64,000 nucleotides of DNA, from contig CAZINP010000005.1 in assembly GCA_964540635.1 (NCBI GenBank), positions 24,890 to 88,889 of the forward strand. The letters are read 5' to 3'. The notes below the pieces were generated by a model. The model made no database searches, was not told the origin of the DNA, and worked only from the letters and a program-made list of their open reading frames with translations. Every line of letters begins with the position of its first letter. The stretch's first letter is position 1. The position numbers and the translations under genes are program-made. Positions 1 to 9,260 of the stretch are shown here, in pieces. Source of the DNA: an uncultured Gammaproteobacteria bacterium. Lineage in GTDB: Bacteria > Patescibacteriota > Patescibacteriia > Buchananbacterales > UBA6539.

Positions 1-474
1 TATTGTCTCTATAAAATCAACGGCTGTTACATTGTCTATCCCCGCTCTGATTTTAACTGAAACCGGCAACTTGGTGTTTTGCAAGACTTCAATTATCAAT
101 TTACGGCAATGGCCCAAATCACGCATCAAAGTAACACCGCCGCCGTGAGCCACCACTTTTTTGGCCGGACAACCAAAATTTAAATCAATGCCGGAATATC
201 CCGCCTTTTCTACAATTTGGCTAGCCTTGGCAAATACCTCAATCCTTTTGCCAAAAAGTTGACAGACAACCGGTTTTTCTGACTTTGAAAACGGCAACAT
301 GGCCAAAGTTTTTTTTGAACCATAATGCAGGGCATCAGCCGAAACCATTTCGGTATATAAAACATCCGCTCCAAACGACTTACACAGCTGACGAAACGGC
401 GAATCCGAATAGCCGGCCATGGGCGCCAAGGCCAGAATTGGCTTATCTAATTTATTCCAGAAATTTTTTTTCAT
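1..474 (-). CDS. dus: tRNA-dihydrouridine synthase, N-terminal part (partial, continues beyond window start)
   Basis: Reverse-strand translation from ATG at 474..472 gives MKKNFWNKLDKPILALAPMAGYSDSPFRQLCKSFGADVLYTEMVSADAL..GIDLNFGCPAKKVV; typical Dus FMN-binding TIM-barrel N-terminus; not in ORF track because it runs off the window. Confidence 0.8.
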   Translation of the reverse strand, partial: MKKNFWNKLDKPILALAPMAGYSDSPFRQLCKSFGADVLYTEMVSADALHYGSKKTLAMLPFSKSEKPVVCQLFGKRIEVFAKASQIVEKAGYSGIDLNFGCPAKKVVAHGGGVTLMRDLGHCRKLIIEVLQNTKLPVSVKIRAGIDNVTAVDFIETI

Positions 475-480
475 TTAGCC

Positions 481-1605
481 CTATTTAATTTTATCCACCA
501 CAAAATCCGCCAGACTTTCGGCCGACGACGGTTTACCGATTTTTTGGCAAGCCTGTTTCATTAAAGAAAGCTTTTGCGGGTTTGAAGCCAAATCGTTCAA
601 AGCCTTTATAATTCCGACCGTACCATCAACTTTAATTGCCGCATTATTCTCAACTAAATAATTAACATTGTCTTCCTCTTGGCCCGGGATGACCTTGTTT
701 ATTACCATAGGCAAACCCTTGGCCATACACTCAGAAACAGTTAAGCCGCCGGCTTTCGAAAAAATGATGTCAGAGACCGTCATCAATTCTTCCATATTAT
801 CAACAAAACCAAACGCCTTAACATTGCTATAGCGTTTATTTAAATCTGATTTTTCAATTGATTCCTTTAAACTATTATCCCTGCCGGCTACAACCAAAAA
901 TTGAACATTACCATCATTTTTTTCCAATACGCCTGAAATCACGTTTTTAAGTGTGGCAAAATCAAATTGGCCGCCCACAATTAAAATCGTAAATAAGCCC
1001 TCTCTAATGCCCAATTTTTTACAAATTTCAGTGCGCTCAAGTTGGCTGGCAAACTTTTCTTCAATCGGAATACCGGTAACGGCCACTTTATCCGGCGCAA
1101 CACCAAAATCTTGAAGACATTTTTTAACCCCGTCAGTCGCGCCAAAATAATAGTTCACTTCCGGATCAACCCAAAAACTATGGCAACCAAAATCAGTACA
1201 AATCATGGAAGACAAAACATCAATTATTTTCTTGTCCTTAGAGCGTGAAATAATAATCATCGGCAATGGATGGGCCGAGATTATAAAATCTGGATTAAAA
1301 TCTTTTATAAAGGGAATAAACCGACCCTTAATCGCCCAATAAGACAATAAACTTGGCAAACCTTGGCGCGACTTCTTGTTAAAAGTCCGATAAAGCCAAG
1401 CCCAAACTCCCGGCATTTTAGCTGAGACATAATTGTAACCATCCACAAAAAAAAGCCGGTATATGCGACTTGAAAAATCAATCACATTAACATTTTTAAC
1501 TTCAATTTCCGGGTATTTTCTGGCAAATGCCTGCTGCACGGCTTTAGCTGCCATAACGTGGCCCATACCGCCGGAAGCGTAAACAATTAATACTTTTTTT
1601 GACAT
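481..1605 (-). CDS. MGDG-synthase-like diacylglycerol glycosyltransferase (GT28 / UgtP-like)
   Basis: 374 aa; N-terminus VLIVYASGGMGH and C-terminal GT-B fold motifs (GGLTVSE, GLPMV) resemble processive diacylglycerol glycosyltransferases. Confidence 0.7.
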   Translation of the reverse strand: MSKKVLIVYASGGMGHVMAAKAVQQAFARKYPEIEVKNVNVIDFSSRIYRLFFVDGYNYVSAKMPGVWAWLYRTFNKKSRQGLPSLLSYWAIKGRFIPFIKDFNPDFIISAHPLPMIIISRSKDKKIIDVLSSMICTDFGCHSFWVDPEVNYYFGATDGVKKCLQDFGVAPDKVAVTGIPIEEKFASQLERTEICKKLGIREGLFTILIVGGQFDFATLKNVISGVLEKNDGNVQFLVVAGRDNSLKESIEKSDLNKRYSNVKAFGFVDNMEELMTVSDIIFSKAGGLTVSECMAKGLPMVINKVIPGQEEDNVNYLVENNAAIKVDGTVGIIKALNDLASNPQKLSLMKQACQKIGKPSSAESLADFVVDKIK

Positions 1606-1709
1606 AAATATTTATATAATTAATTTTTTATTTGCTTTTTTTAATTTTTAGAAAAAATTTCTTGACAGACTTTAAATTTAAACTTTTATTATTTCTTATC
1701 ACACTTGAT

Positions 1710-1718
1710 TGTGGATAA
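1710..1718. promoter_or_regulatory. Perfect DnaA-box 9-mer TGTGGATAA (TTATCCACA on the other strand) upstream of the glycosyltransferase gene
   Basis: Exact consensus 9-mer in the intergenic region; a second exact copy at 6959..6967. Confidence 0.3.
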
Positions 1719-1801
1719 CTATTTAGAGATCACGAGATAAATTGGTCATAATCATAAACATTCTATCAAAAAAATAACCAAAACTCAAGGAAAAAATAAA
1801 A

Positions 1802-1830
1802 AAATAACGGGAAATCTTCCCGTTATTTAT
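1802..1830 (-). terminator. Rho-independent terminator downstream of murF
   Basis: Hairpin AACGGGA-aatc-TTCCCGTT flanked by A-run on plus strand (T-run on minus strand) about 10 nt after the murF stop. Confidence 0.6.
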
Positions 1831-1840
1831 TGATCTTAAA

Positions 1841-3145
1841 TTAATTCCATTCTTTCTCTTGCCTGACTAGCAAATCTTTTGCTCTATTAGGCTCAGCCAT
1901 TATTTCCTTAACAATTTTTTCCATTCTCATCCCTTGCGATCCTTTTACCAGAACCAAATCCCCTTCACTAAGCTTATCTTGGAGAAAACGTCCGGCTGAA
2001 GCCGAATCAGAAAAACTAAAACACCTGTCTTTTGGCATTCCCTTTAAAATGGCCGCTCTAATCGTATCCCGGGATAATTCACCCACCGTAAATAAGTAAT
2101 CAATTTTATTGTCAAACACGGCTCGGCCGATTTCACGATGCGCCGAAGTACTAATTTTTCCCAATTCAAGCATATCACCCAAAACCGCGAACTTTTTATG
2201 ACCGGCTGCAAGATTAATGCTTTCTACTTGTTCAAGCGCCTTTTTAACCGCCAAGGGTGAAGAATTATATGTATCATCAATAATTAATGTGTTTTTTATC
2301 CCGGGTATTATATGCATCCTCCCTTTGGGCGGTTCATATTTTTTGAGCGCTTCGGTTATTTCGTGCAGATTTAAATCGTAAATCAAACCAACAGCAATAG
2401 CCGCCAAAGCCGAATAAGCCAAATGTTTGCCTAAAACCCTTGGCAATAAAACCGGCACCGTGCTTCCTTGATATTGCAGTTTAAAGCTTATGCCTTGAAT
2501 GGTTGAATAATCTTTATAATCAATTTCGTGACTAACGGCAATTTCAGTTGCCTTCACGTCCGCACCGGTATCAAGGCCGTAAGTAACAATTTTAGCATTT
2601 GTTTTTTCTGCCATTGCCGCCACCAACGCATCATCAAGGTTCAAAACCGCATAACCATTTTTAGACAAAGCCCTTACCAAATTTGTTTTTTCCTTGGCCA
2701 CCATATCAATAGTTTCAAAAAATTCCAAGTGAACTGGCGCCACTGCGGTGACAACCGCAACATTGATTGGCACTAAAGAAGTAAGATATTTAATATCTCC
2801 GGGGTGATCAGCACCCATTTCCAAAACCAAAATATTTGGATATTTTTTATCTCGAATGACAATTAAACGAAGGGCATTTAAAAAAACAACCAGCCAACGC
2901 CACAACGACCGCCCGCCGGCAGCCGAGCCGATAATTGTTAAGGGTATGCCAAGCTCGTTATTATAATTTTTATAATTGGTCCTGACATTATAGGTTGAGG
3001 CTAAAACTGAATAAATCGCTTCTTTAGTCGAAGTCTTTCCAACACTGCCGGTTATGGCAATTACCTCCGGTTTGTATTTGTTTAATATTTTTTTACTTAA
3101 AAATGCCAGGATTTTCTGTAAAGTAACTAATAACCTTTCTTTCAT
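1841..3145 (-). CDS. murF: UDP-N-acetylmuramoyl-tripeptide--D-alanyl-D-alanine ligase MurF
   Basis: 434 aa; ITGSVGKTSTKE P-loop and NYNNELGIPLT MurF signature; Mur ligase C-terminal domain. Confidence 0.9.
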   Translation of the reverse strand: MKERLLVTLQKILAFLSKKILNKYKPEVIAITGSVGKTSTKEAIYSVLASTYNVRTNYKNYNNELGIPLTIIGSAAGGRSLWRWLVVFLNALRLIVIRDKKYPNILVLEMGADHPGDIKYLTSLVPINVAVVTAVAPVHLEFFETIDMVAKEKTNLVRALSKNGYAVLNLDDALVAAMAEKTNAKIVTYGLDTGADVKATEIAVSHEIDYKDYSTIQGISFKLQYQGSTVPVLLPRVLGKHLAYSALAAIAVGLIYDLNLHEITEALKKYEPPKGRMHIIPGIKNTLIIDDTYNSSPLAVKKALEQVESINLAAGHKKFAVLGDMLELGKISTSAHREIGRAVFDNKIDYLFTVGELSRDTIRAAILKGMPKDRCFSFSDSASAGRFLQDKLSEGDLVLVKGSQGMRMEKIVKEIMAEPNRAKDLLVRQEKEWN

Positions 3146-3153
3146 AATATATT

Positions 3154-4890
3154 TTAGTAATCAGGTGAAATTTTATAATAATTTATCATAAATTCGGCCA
3201 AATCATGAAATAACGGCGTAATGGAATCTTCGGCAAATTTGGGTCCTTGAGGTTTGGCCAGCTTTACTAACATCACAAATTTTGGTTTAGATACCGGCCC
3301 ATATCCGATAAACGTATGATTTGTTTGCGCGCCATAGCCGCCACTGGGCGAAGCGATTTGGGCGGTTCCGGTTTTACCCGCGAAAAAATATCCGCTCACT
3401 CCCGCCTTTTTACCATAACCTTGTTCAACCACTGAGGTTAACATTCCGGAAAGAGTAGAAGCCGTCGACGGTGAAATAACTTGTCTTACCGTTTGCGGCT
3501 CAAAGGTCTGAATTTCCCCGTCCGGTTTTCTAATCTCGGAAACAATATATGGCCTTGGCAGCTTACCCTGGTTTGCCAGAGCCGCAAAAGCGGTCACCAG
3601 TTGAATTGGCGTAGCCATAATGCCTTGCCCAAAGGAAGCGGTCATGCCATAAATTTCTCCGGACTTATTTAACGAAGATATGTCACCAGGCATCTCTTTA
3701 TCCAAAGTAATGCCCGTATCTTTGCCAAAACCTAAATTTTCAACATATTTTTTAAACTTATCCTTTCCTACCTTTTGCTCAACATAAATTGCACCCGTGT
3801 TCAATGAGAGTTTTAGAATATCAGTCATGGAAACCGAACCATGCGCCTTTAAATCAGAATTCCTAATTGTGAAACTGCTGATTTTAATTTCACCTTTATC
3901 ATCATATTTATCTTCCGGCTTTACAGCTCCAGAGTCTATACCGGCAGCCATGGTAAAAGCCTTAAACACTGAGCCTGGCTCGTAGGCGGTAAAAATTGCG
4001 GGATTATTAAAAACATTTATATCTTCAACGTCTTTATAATTTTCAGGATCAAAATCCGGAAAATTGCACATGGCAATTATTGCGCCGGTCGGCTCCATAA
4101 TTATCACCGTCCCACTTTCAGCCTTAAACTTCTCATAATAACCCTTCAGCATTCTGCAGGCGTTGTATTGAATTTCTCTGTTTATTGTCAAAACAATATC
4201 CGAACCGTTTTCCGGCTCTTCCACCAATCGCGGCCCAATGGCTATAAGCGAACCGAGTGCGTCTTTAAATGACTTGATTATTCCGGGACGACCGGACAAT
4301 TCTTTGTCAAAATAACCCTCAATACCATACTGGCCTTTCAATTCATTATCAATTACTTTGCTAAAACCTAAAATATGCCCACCCAACGATTTTTCCGTAT
4401 AAAACCGGTAAGATTCCGAGGAAAAACCCAAACCATCAATTTCCAGCGCTTTTATCTTCTCGCTTTGTTCCTTTGTGACCTTGTGCCACAAAGGCTCATA
4501 GGGGTCTGATTTTTTACTTAAGCGCGGCAGAATATCTTGCCATTCATCCTCCTCTAGGCCCAAAATTGGCGTAATTTTATCAATAACCTCACCGGGTGAA
4601 CTTATTTTATAAGGCTCGGCAAACAATAAATAATATTCACGATTTGCCACCAAGGGATAATATCCGTCTTTTTCCTTGACTGAAATCGAGCCCCTTGTTG
4701 CCGAGACTGATTCGGATATCTCTTGGCGCTTTGAGGCCAATTGGGTGTAATGGTCGTGTTTTAAAATTTGAAGAAAAAACAATCGGCCGATAATAAACAG
4801 TCCCATTATCGTCATTACCGCCGCAAGAACCAAAATTCTTTTTTCGGAAAAAAAACTATTGTTTTTATTTTTTCTTAAATTCATGTTCAA
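3154..4890 (-). CDS. ftsI: Peptidoglycan D,D-transpeptidase (FtsI / class B PBP)
   Basis: 578 aa; N-terminal TM, dimerisation domain, transpeptidase motifs SVFK, SxN and KTGTA; sits between ftsL and murF. Confidence 0.9.
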   Translation of the reverse strand: MNMNLRKNKNNSFFSEKRILVLAAVMTIMGLFIIGRLFFLQILKHDHYTQLASKRQEISESVSATRGSISVKEKDGYYPLVANREYYLLFAEPYKISSPGEVIDKITPILGLEEDEWQDILPRLSKKSDPYEPLWHKVTKEQSEKIKALEIDGLGFSSESYRFYTEKSLGGHILGFSKVIDNELKGQYGIEGYFDKELSGRPGIIKSFKDALGSLIAIGPRLVEEPENGSDIVLTINREIQYNACRMLKGYYEKFKAESGTVIIMEPTGAIIAMCNFPDFDPENYKDVEDINVFNNPAIFTAYEPGSVFKAFTMAAGIDSGAVKPEDKYDDKGEIKISSFTIRNSDLKAHGSVSMTDILKLSLNTGAIYVEQKVGKDKFKKYVENLGFGKDTGITLDKEMPGDISSLNKSGEIYGMTASFGQGIMATPIQLVTAFAALANQGKLPRPYIVSEIRKPDGEIQTFEPQTVRQVISPSTASTLSGMLTSVVEQGYGKKAGVSGYFFAGKTGTAQIASPSGGYGAQTNHTFIGYGPVSKPKFVMLVKLAKPQGPKFAEDSITPLFHDLAEFMINYYKISPDY

Positions 4891-4907
4891 AACTCAGATA
4901 AAATCAA

Positions 4908-4937
4908 TAATGTATAATAACAAAGTATTATACATTA
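4908..4937. repeat. Perfect 12-bp inverted repeat (TAATGTATAATA-acaaag-TATTATACATTA) in the ftsL-ftsI spacer
   Basis: Read directly; contains TGTATAAT (extended -10-like) in both orientations, about 37 nt upstream of the ftsI start. Confidence 0.6.
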
Positions 4938-4958
4938 TCCAAATTTCAAAATTTTAAA

Positions 4959-5321
4959 TTACCTATTAACGGCAACCGGCTTGGCATTGATAAATTCTTC
5001 GCCATTTAGTGAAACCATGCCCAATTCATTCATTTTTTCCTGGATTTTGGCAACTGACTGCAAATCAAGAGCGGCCAGCTCCAATTCCGACTTTGAAGTT
5101 TTCAATTCAGCCACGGTTTTTTCCAAATCTTTTATCTTATAGCCTTGAGTTGAGATATTATTAACCTGAATCAAATAGGCCAGACTGAAAACAACGATTA
5201 AACCGGCGATTAAATAATTAAAATTTAAGAAACCGGTAAAATTAGATTTAGCCGTCTTTTTCTTAGATAAATTGCTGAACCTAAGCTTCTTTTTTGAACT
5301 GGTTGAAATGTAGCGTTTCAT
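4959..5321 (-). CDS. ftsL: Cell division protein FtsL-like (small bitopic coiled-coil protein)
   Basis: 120 aa, single TM then coiled coil; conserved position between rsmH and ftsI. Confidence 0.6.
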   Translation of the reverse strand: MKRYISTSSKKKLRFSNLSKKKTAKSNFTGFLNFNYLIAGLIVVFSLAYLIQVNNISTQGYKIKDLEKTVAELKTSKSELELAALDLQSVAKIQEKMNELGMVSLNGEEFINAKPVAVNR

Positions 5322-5333
5322 GATATTTTTATT

Positions 5334-6281
5334 TTAATTTTTATTTATTTTTTCAGCGACTCGCATTTTGGCGCTTCTTGAGCGAGGGTTTTCTCTAATT
5401 TCATTTTCGGTCGGTTCAAGTGGTTTTAAAGTTAAAAGCTTGACGGTTTTTTTGTGACCACACTGGCAAAGGGGCATTTGAGGTGGGCAGATGCAGTCTC
5501 GTGATTCTTGCCTTAAAAAATCTTTCACTATCTTATCTTCCAGAGAATGATAACTTATAACTACCAATCTGCCACCCGGCTTAAGGATTGAAATAGCGGC
5601 CGGTAAAACTTTTTCCAAATTTTTTAGTTCATCATTAACTGCAATTCTTAAAGCTTGAAATATTTTGGTCGCCGGATTCGTTCTTGATTTTTCTCGAAAA
5701 TATTTTTTATATATATCTGAAATAATTTCTACAAGTTGTTCGGGATGAGTTATTGCCTTTACCCTTCTTTGCTCAACAATCGCTTTGGCGATTGGTCGGG
5801 ATAAGCGCTCTTGGCCAAATTCCTGAAAAATTTCCACCAATTCATTTTCTCTGGCCGTATTCAATATCCTTTCAGCTGTTAAATCGGTTTGTTCGCCAAA
5901 ACGCATATCCAATTTACCTTCGGATAAAAAACTAAATCCCCTTTTCTTGTCTCGCAGTTGTCCCGAAGACAAGCCCAAGTCAAGCAAAATTCCATCAACC
6001 TTTGGTATCTTGTATTTTTTTATAATATTTTTAAGGTTGGCAAAATTGTCTTTTACAATCAGCGCTCTGTCGCCGTATTCCTTCAGGGCCTTTTTTGCCG
6101 TATCAATAGCCAGTTGATCCAAATCAATGCCGATTACTTTTCCGTTCGGGCTGGTGATTTTCAACAATTCTTCGGTATGACCGGCACCGCCAAGTGTACA
6201 ATCAATGAATATCTTTCCCGGAGCGGGCAATAAATACTCAATTGACTCTTTGGGCATTACGGATAGATGAAACTCCTTCAT
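5334..6281 (-). CDS. rsmH: 16S rRNA (cytosine1402-N4)-methyltransferase RsmH (MraW)
   Basis: 315 aa; FIDCTLGGAGH SAM-binding motif; follows mraZ. Confidence 0.9.
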   Translation of the reverse strand: MKEFHLSVMPKESIEYLLPAPGKIFIDCTLGGAGHTEELLKITSPNGKVIGIDLDQLAIDTAKKALKEYGDRALIVKDNFANLKNIIKKYKIPKVDGILLDLGLSSGQLRDKKRGFSFLSEGKLDMRFGEQTDLTAERILNTARENELVEIFQEFGQERLSRPIAKAIVEQRRVKAITHPEQLVEIISDIYKKYFREKSRTNPATKIFQALRIAVNDELKNLEKVLPAAISILKPGGRLVVISYHSLEDKIVKDFLRQESRDCICPPQMPLCQCGHKKTVKLLTLKPLEPTENEIRENPRSRSAKMRVAEKINKN

Positions 6282-6283
6282 AA

Positions 6284-6715
6284 CTACACTCCCATTTCAC
6301 CAAGCGCCTCGGCAATATTGCCGCTATTAGAAACGGTCTTATCTTTATATTCTTGCCATTTTTCTTCACTCCAAATTTCAAGGCGATTATACAAGCCTAT
6401 AATCACCACTTTTTTTGTTAAACCGGCATCACGCCTAAGATATTCGGGAATAAGCATTCTTCCTTGACTGTCAATCTCCAAATCCATTGCGCTGCCAAGC
6501 TTTAACCTGGCAAAAGCCCTTGCGTCTGCCTTTGAGGTTGGTAGAGATGAAATTTTATCGGCGTATTTTTTCCACTCCGCTTTTGGATACAAAGAAAGAC
6601 AATCGTCCACCTCTCTGGTGACCACTGTTCCCTTTTTGAGATCTGGCCTAAATTTTGCCGGAACGGCAATTCGGCCTTTCTCATCCAAGCTGTGCTGGTA
6701 TTCGCCGATAAACAT
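6284..6715 (-). CDS. mraZ: Transcriptional regulator MraZ
   Basis: 143 aa; MFIGEYQHSLDEKGRIAVPAKFR duplicated MraZ fold signature. Confidence 0.9.
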   Translation of the reverse strand: MFIGEYQHSLDEKGRIAVPAKFRPDLKKGTVVTREVDDCLSLYPKAEWKKYADKISSLPTSKADARAFARLKLGSAMDLEIDSQGRMLIPEYLRRDAGLTKKVVIIGLYNRLEIWSEEKWQEYKDKTVSNSGNIAEALGEMGV

Positions 6716-6856
6716 GGCTAAATATTAATTATTTTCTTATTTTTTCTTTTGATTTTAGTTTTTTATTTCTTCTTTTTGTTTTTGATATTTGCCTACCTTT
6801 TCCACAGAGATTAACCCTTATCCCCACTTTCATCCACTCAAGATCACCTACATACC

Positions 6857-6885
6857 ATTTTACTCCACTTTTTTACCACTGTCAA
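6857..6885 (-). promoter_or_regulatory. Near-consensus sigma70-type promoter for the mraZ-rsmH-ftsL-ftsI-murF operon
   Basis: Minus strand reads TTGACA-17 nt-TAAAAT; about 140 nt 5'UTR before mraZ ATG. Confidence 0.55.
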
Positions 6886-6892
6886 ACATCAA

Positions 6893-6922
6893 AAAAAATG
6901 GCAGTTTTCGCCATTTTTTCAC
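6893..6922 (-). terminator. Hairpin plus T-run terminator between the upstream receiver gene and the dcw promoter (usable on both strands)
   Basis: AATGGC-gaaaact-GCCATT followed by T8 on minus strand; A8 precedes on plus strand. Confidence 0.55.
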
Positions 6923-6958
6923 TATTTTTCCGCTATTTTGTCAAATATTTTATTCGCT

Positions 6959-6967
6959 TGTGGATAA
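6959..6967. promoter_or_regulatory. Perfect DnaA-box 9-mer TGTGGATAA upstream of the dcw promoter
   Basis: Exact consensus 9-mer; same flanking ttg context as the copy at 1710. Confidence 0.3.
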
Positions 6968-6974
6968 TTTAAGG

Positions 6975-7355
6975 CTAAATGCCAAGCGTCATCTTTATTT
7001 TTTTAACCAATTCATTAAGGTCTGTCTTTGATTTAACCAAATATTCATACTGTCCTATTGCCGAGGCCTGATCAAAAGAACCCTGATCGGCAATATTGCT
7101 TAAAATAATCACGGGCAAACTTTTTGTCTCTTCGTGTGTGGCAATCTCATTTAAAACTGTTAAGCCGTCGATGTCGGGTAACATAATATCAAGCAAAACC
7201 AAATCAGGTAAAACTTCCTTGAGCAAATCCATAGCCATCTGACCGGTTTCTGCTTTAAGTGTTTCAAACCCCTCTTGCTGCAACTTAAGACAAACCAACT
7301 CCAATAAATCAGGATCATCCTCAACTATTAAAATTTTTTTATTAAGTCCGTCCAT
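6975..7355 (-). CDS. Single-domain response regulator receiver (CheY-like)
   Basis: Start moved to MDGLNKKILIVEDD; acidic pocket, phospho-Asp in LLDIMLP, Ser in ILSN, Lys in YLVKS. Confidence 0.75.
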   Translation of the reverse strand: MDGLNKKILIVEDDPDLLELVCLKLQQEGFETLKAETGQMAMDLLKEVLPDLVLLDIMLPDIDGLTVLNEIATHEETKSLPVIILSNIADQGSFDQASAIGQYEYLVKSKTDLNELVKKIKMTLGI

Positions 7356-7356
7356 A

Positions 7357-7773
7357 CTAAAGTTCTTTCTTTTTAAGGGTAATATTGGGCTTGGCGCCAT
7401 AGAACGGCCTTACAATATAATTTCGCTTCGCTTTTTTTGCGCTATTAGAAATTAAGACGCCCAGATCCTTGGTTTTGCTAATCTCTGCTTGCTTGAGTCC
7501 AACAATCGGTAAGTCAAGCGAATAAGTCAAAGCATTCGCGGTTGCGATCCCAATTCTCAATGCCGAAAAAGGTCCGGGGCCAGAAACCACAACAATCGCT
7601 TTTAAGTTATTTGGCTTCTTTTTTAGAGATAAAATAATCTTTTTTATCTCTGCCAGAAGCAACTCTGATTGTCGATATTTAGCCGCAACCCTTTTTTTCA
7701 CCAAGATTTTATTGCCAGAAACGATGGCTAAATTTATCTCGGTGCCATCCGCGGTGTTTATGAATAGAATCAT
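7357..7773 (-). CDS. tsaB: tRNA threonylcarbamoyladenosine biosynthesis protein TsaB (YeaZ)
   Basis: 138 aa; SGPGPFSALRIGIATANAL motif of inactive Kae1/TsaD paralogs. Confidence 0.75.
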   Translation of the reverse strand: MILFINTADGTEINLAIVSGNKILVKKRVAAKYRQSELLLAEIKKIILSLKKKPNNLKAIVVVSGPGPFSALRIGIATANALTYSLDLPIVGLKQAEISKTKDLGVLISNSAKKAKRNYIVRPFYGAKPNITLKKKEL

Positions 7774-8540
7774 AGATATTTTTTAAACCAATCAACGACC
7801 AATGGATTAATTATTTTGTAATCCCTTGGCTTACGCCAAGTGTGAACAACGCCCGGAATCAACGCTAACTTTTTGGGACCAGAAAGTAATTTATAAGCAA
7901 ATCGGGAATGTTTAATTGGCACACTCTCGTCAATTTTACCATGAACTATAAGCGTGGGGATTTTTATTTTTTTGATTTGACTTGGCGTATCATGTTTCAT
8001 CAAATCTTCCAAATACTTAACTCTTATCTTAAATGATCTACGCTTACTCCTACTGCGCACTAAATAGTACCCAAGTTTTTTGGCCTGTTGATAACGCCAG
8101 ATGCGCGAAAAATCAGCCTTCCTGTTTATCACTCCAGCCAAATCAGCCAACACCTTAATTCTTTTGTCATTGGGCGCATAATGCATAACCAACTGCCCAC
8201 CAAGACTATGTCCGGCCAAACCTATTCTTTTTTTATCAACAATTTTCAGTTTGCATACATAATCAACAGCCGCTTTCAAATCATCAAGATATTGTTTAAA
8301 GTTAATATCTTCCATTTTGCCGTAGCTTTTACCTACACCATTACCAAAATCAAACCGGAAAGCAATGATTCCATTCTTAGCCAAAACTCGAGCCAGGCTG
8401 AGTAAATGCATTTGTTCTTTATAACCCTTAAAGCCGTGGCAGAGAATTACCGCCGGAAAAGGACCACTGCCCTTTGGTTTATCGATTATGGCAGCAATTT
8501 TTTGATTTTTTGAATTTTTAAAAAATAACTTTTGACCCAT
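7770..8540 (-). CDS. Alpha/beta hydrolase family protein
   Basis: 256 aa; nucleophile elbow GHSLGG; ATGA start/stop overlap with tsaB. Confidence 0.65.
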   Translation of the reverse strand: MGQKLFFKNSKNQKIAAIIDKPKGSGPFPAVILCHGFKGYKEQMHLLSLARVLAKNGIIAFRFDFGNGVGKSYGKMEDINFKQYLDDLKAAVDYVCKLKIVDKKRIGLAGHSLGGQLVMHYAPNDKRIKVLADLAGVINRKADFSRIWRYQQAKKLGYYLVRSRSKRRSFKIRVKYLEDLMKHDTPSQIKKIKIPTLIVHGKIDESVPIKHSRFAYKLLSGPKKLALIPGVVHTWRKPRDYKIINPLVVDWFKKYL

Positions 8541-8546
8541 AATAAA

Positions 8547-9137
8547 TTAAGTCGCGCTGATCTCATCAACAATTACCATCTTTTCGCCTTCCAAAATATC
8601 ATACAAAAATTTATCGGTTATTTCTTTGCGATACTTAAACTCCTGGGGTGTTAAAACCGTAAAATTAATATTTTGGCCAAAATCACGTTCAAAAGCTTTA
8701 ATGACTTGCGCCAGCTTTTCTCGGCTTATATTGCCCACCAAAAGCATATCCGTTGGCATATTTTTCTGTCCAATAAATATGCCGGTTAGAATAAAAAGCT
8801 GAACCTTGTTCAAACCTTTTATTTTGCTAACAAAATTTTTCTCCAACAAAAGCTGAGACTTTAAAAACAAGGCCTTCAATTCCGGAAAAAGAATATAATC
8901 AGTATTAGTCACAAAAAATTTCTTCATCCCGCCCTTTTCCTTTACCTGATCATCTTGAGGCATCAAAGAAGTTACAATCCCGATTTTCTCAAGATTTTCC
9001 ATCTCTCGACGAACCGAATTGAGCTGGGTTTTTAGCCGTCTGGCCAATTCTCGCAAATAAAATTGCTGGCCCGGGTTATTTAAAAATAACCTTAATAATT
9101 TGACTCTGGTTTTTGAACCAATTATTTGTTCAAGCAT
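8547..9137 (-). CDS. Winged-helix (ArsR/MarR-like) transcriptional regulator with uncharacterised C-terminal domain
   Basis: 196 aa; N-terminal wHTH (TRVKLLRLFLNNPGQQFYLRELARRL); divergent from the 9261 gene. Confidence 0.5.
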   Translation of the reverse strand: MLEQIIGSKTRVKLLRLFLNNPGQQFYLRELARRLKTQLNSVRREMENLEKIGIVTSLMPQDDQVKEKGGMKKFFVTNTDYILFPELKALFLKSQLLLEKNFVSKIKGLNKVQLFILTGIFIGQKNMPTDMLLVGNISREKLAQVIKAFERDFGQNINFTVLTPQEFKYRKEITDKFLYDILEGEKMVIVDEISAT

Positions 9138-9204
9138 AAAATGATAAAAAAATAACAGTTATTAATAATGTTATCATTAACCCTGAAAACATAAATCGCC
9201 AGGG

Positions 9205-9233
9205 TTTACGTATATATATAATTATAGTATAAT
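9205..9233 (+). promoter_or_regulatory. Sigma70-type promoter for the 9261..11549 gene
   Basis: TTTACG-17 nt-TATAAT; upstream AATAAC-a-GTTATT inverted repeat (about 9156..9168) is a candidate operator. Confidence 0.45.
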
Positions 9234-9260
9234 ATAAACAATAAATCAAGACAAATTTTT

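Noticed and set aside
285-488. 67-aa plus-strand ORF in the ORF track
   Set aside because: Lies entirely antisense to the clearly conserved dus coding sequence on the minus strand; no recognisable motif.
1710-6967. Interpretation of the two perfect DnaA boxes as a chromosomal origin
   Set aside because: Only two isolated boxes about 5 kb apart. No cluster, no adjacent AT-rich unwinding element pattern, and no dnaA/dnaN next to them. Kept only as a weak regulatory note.
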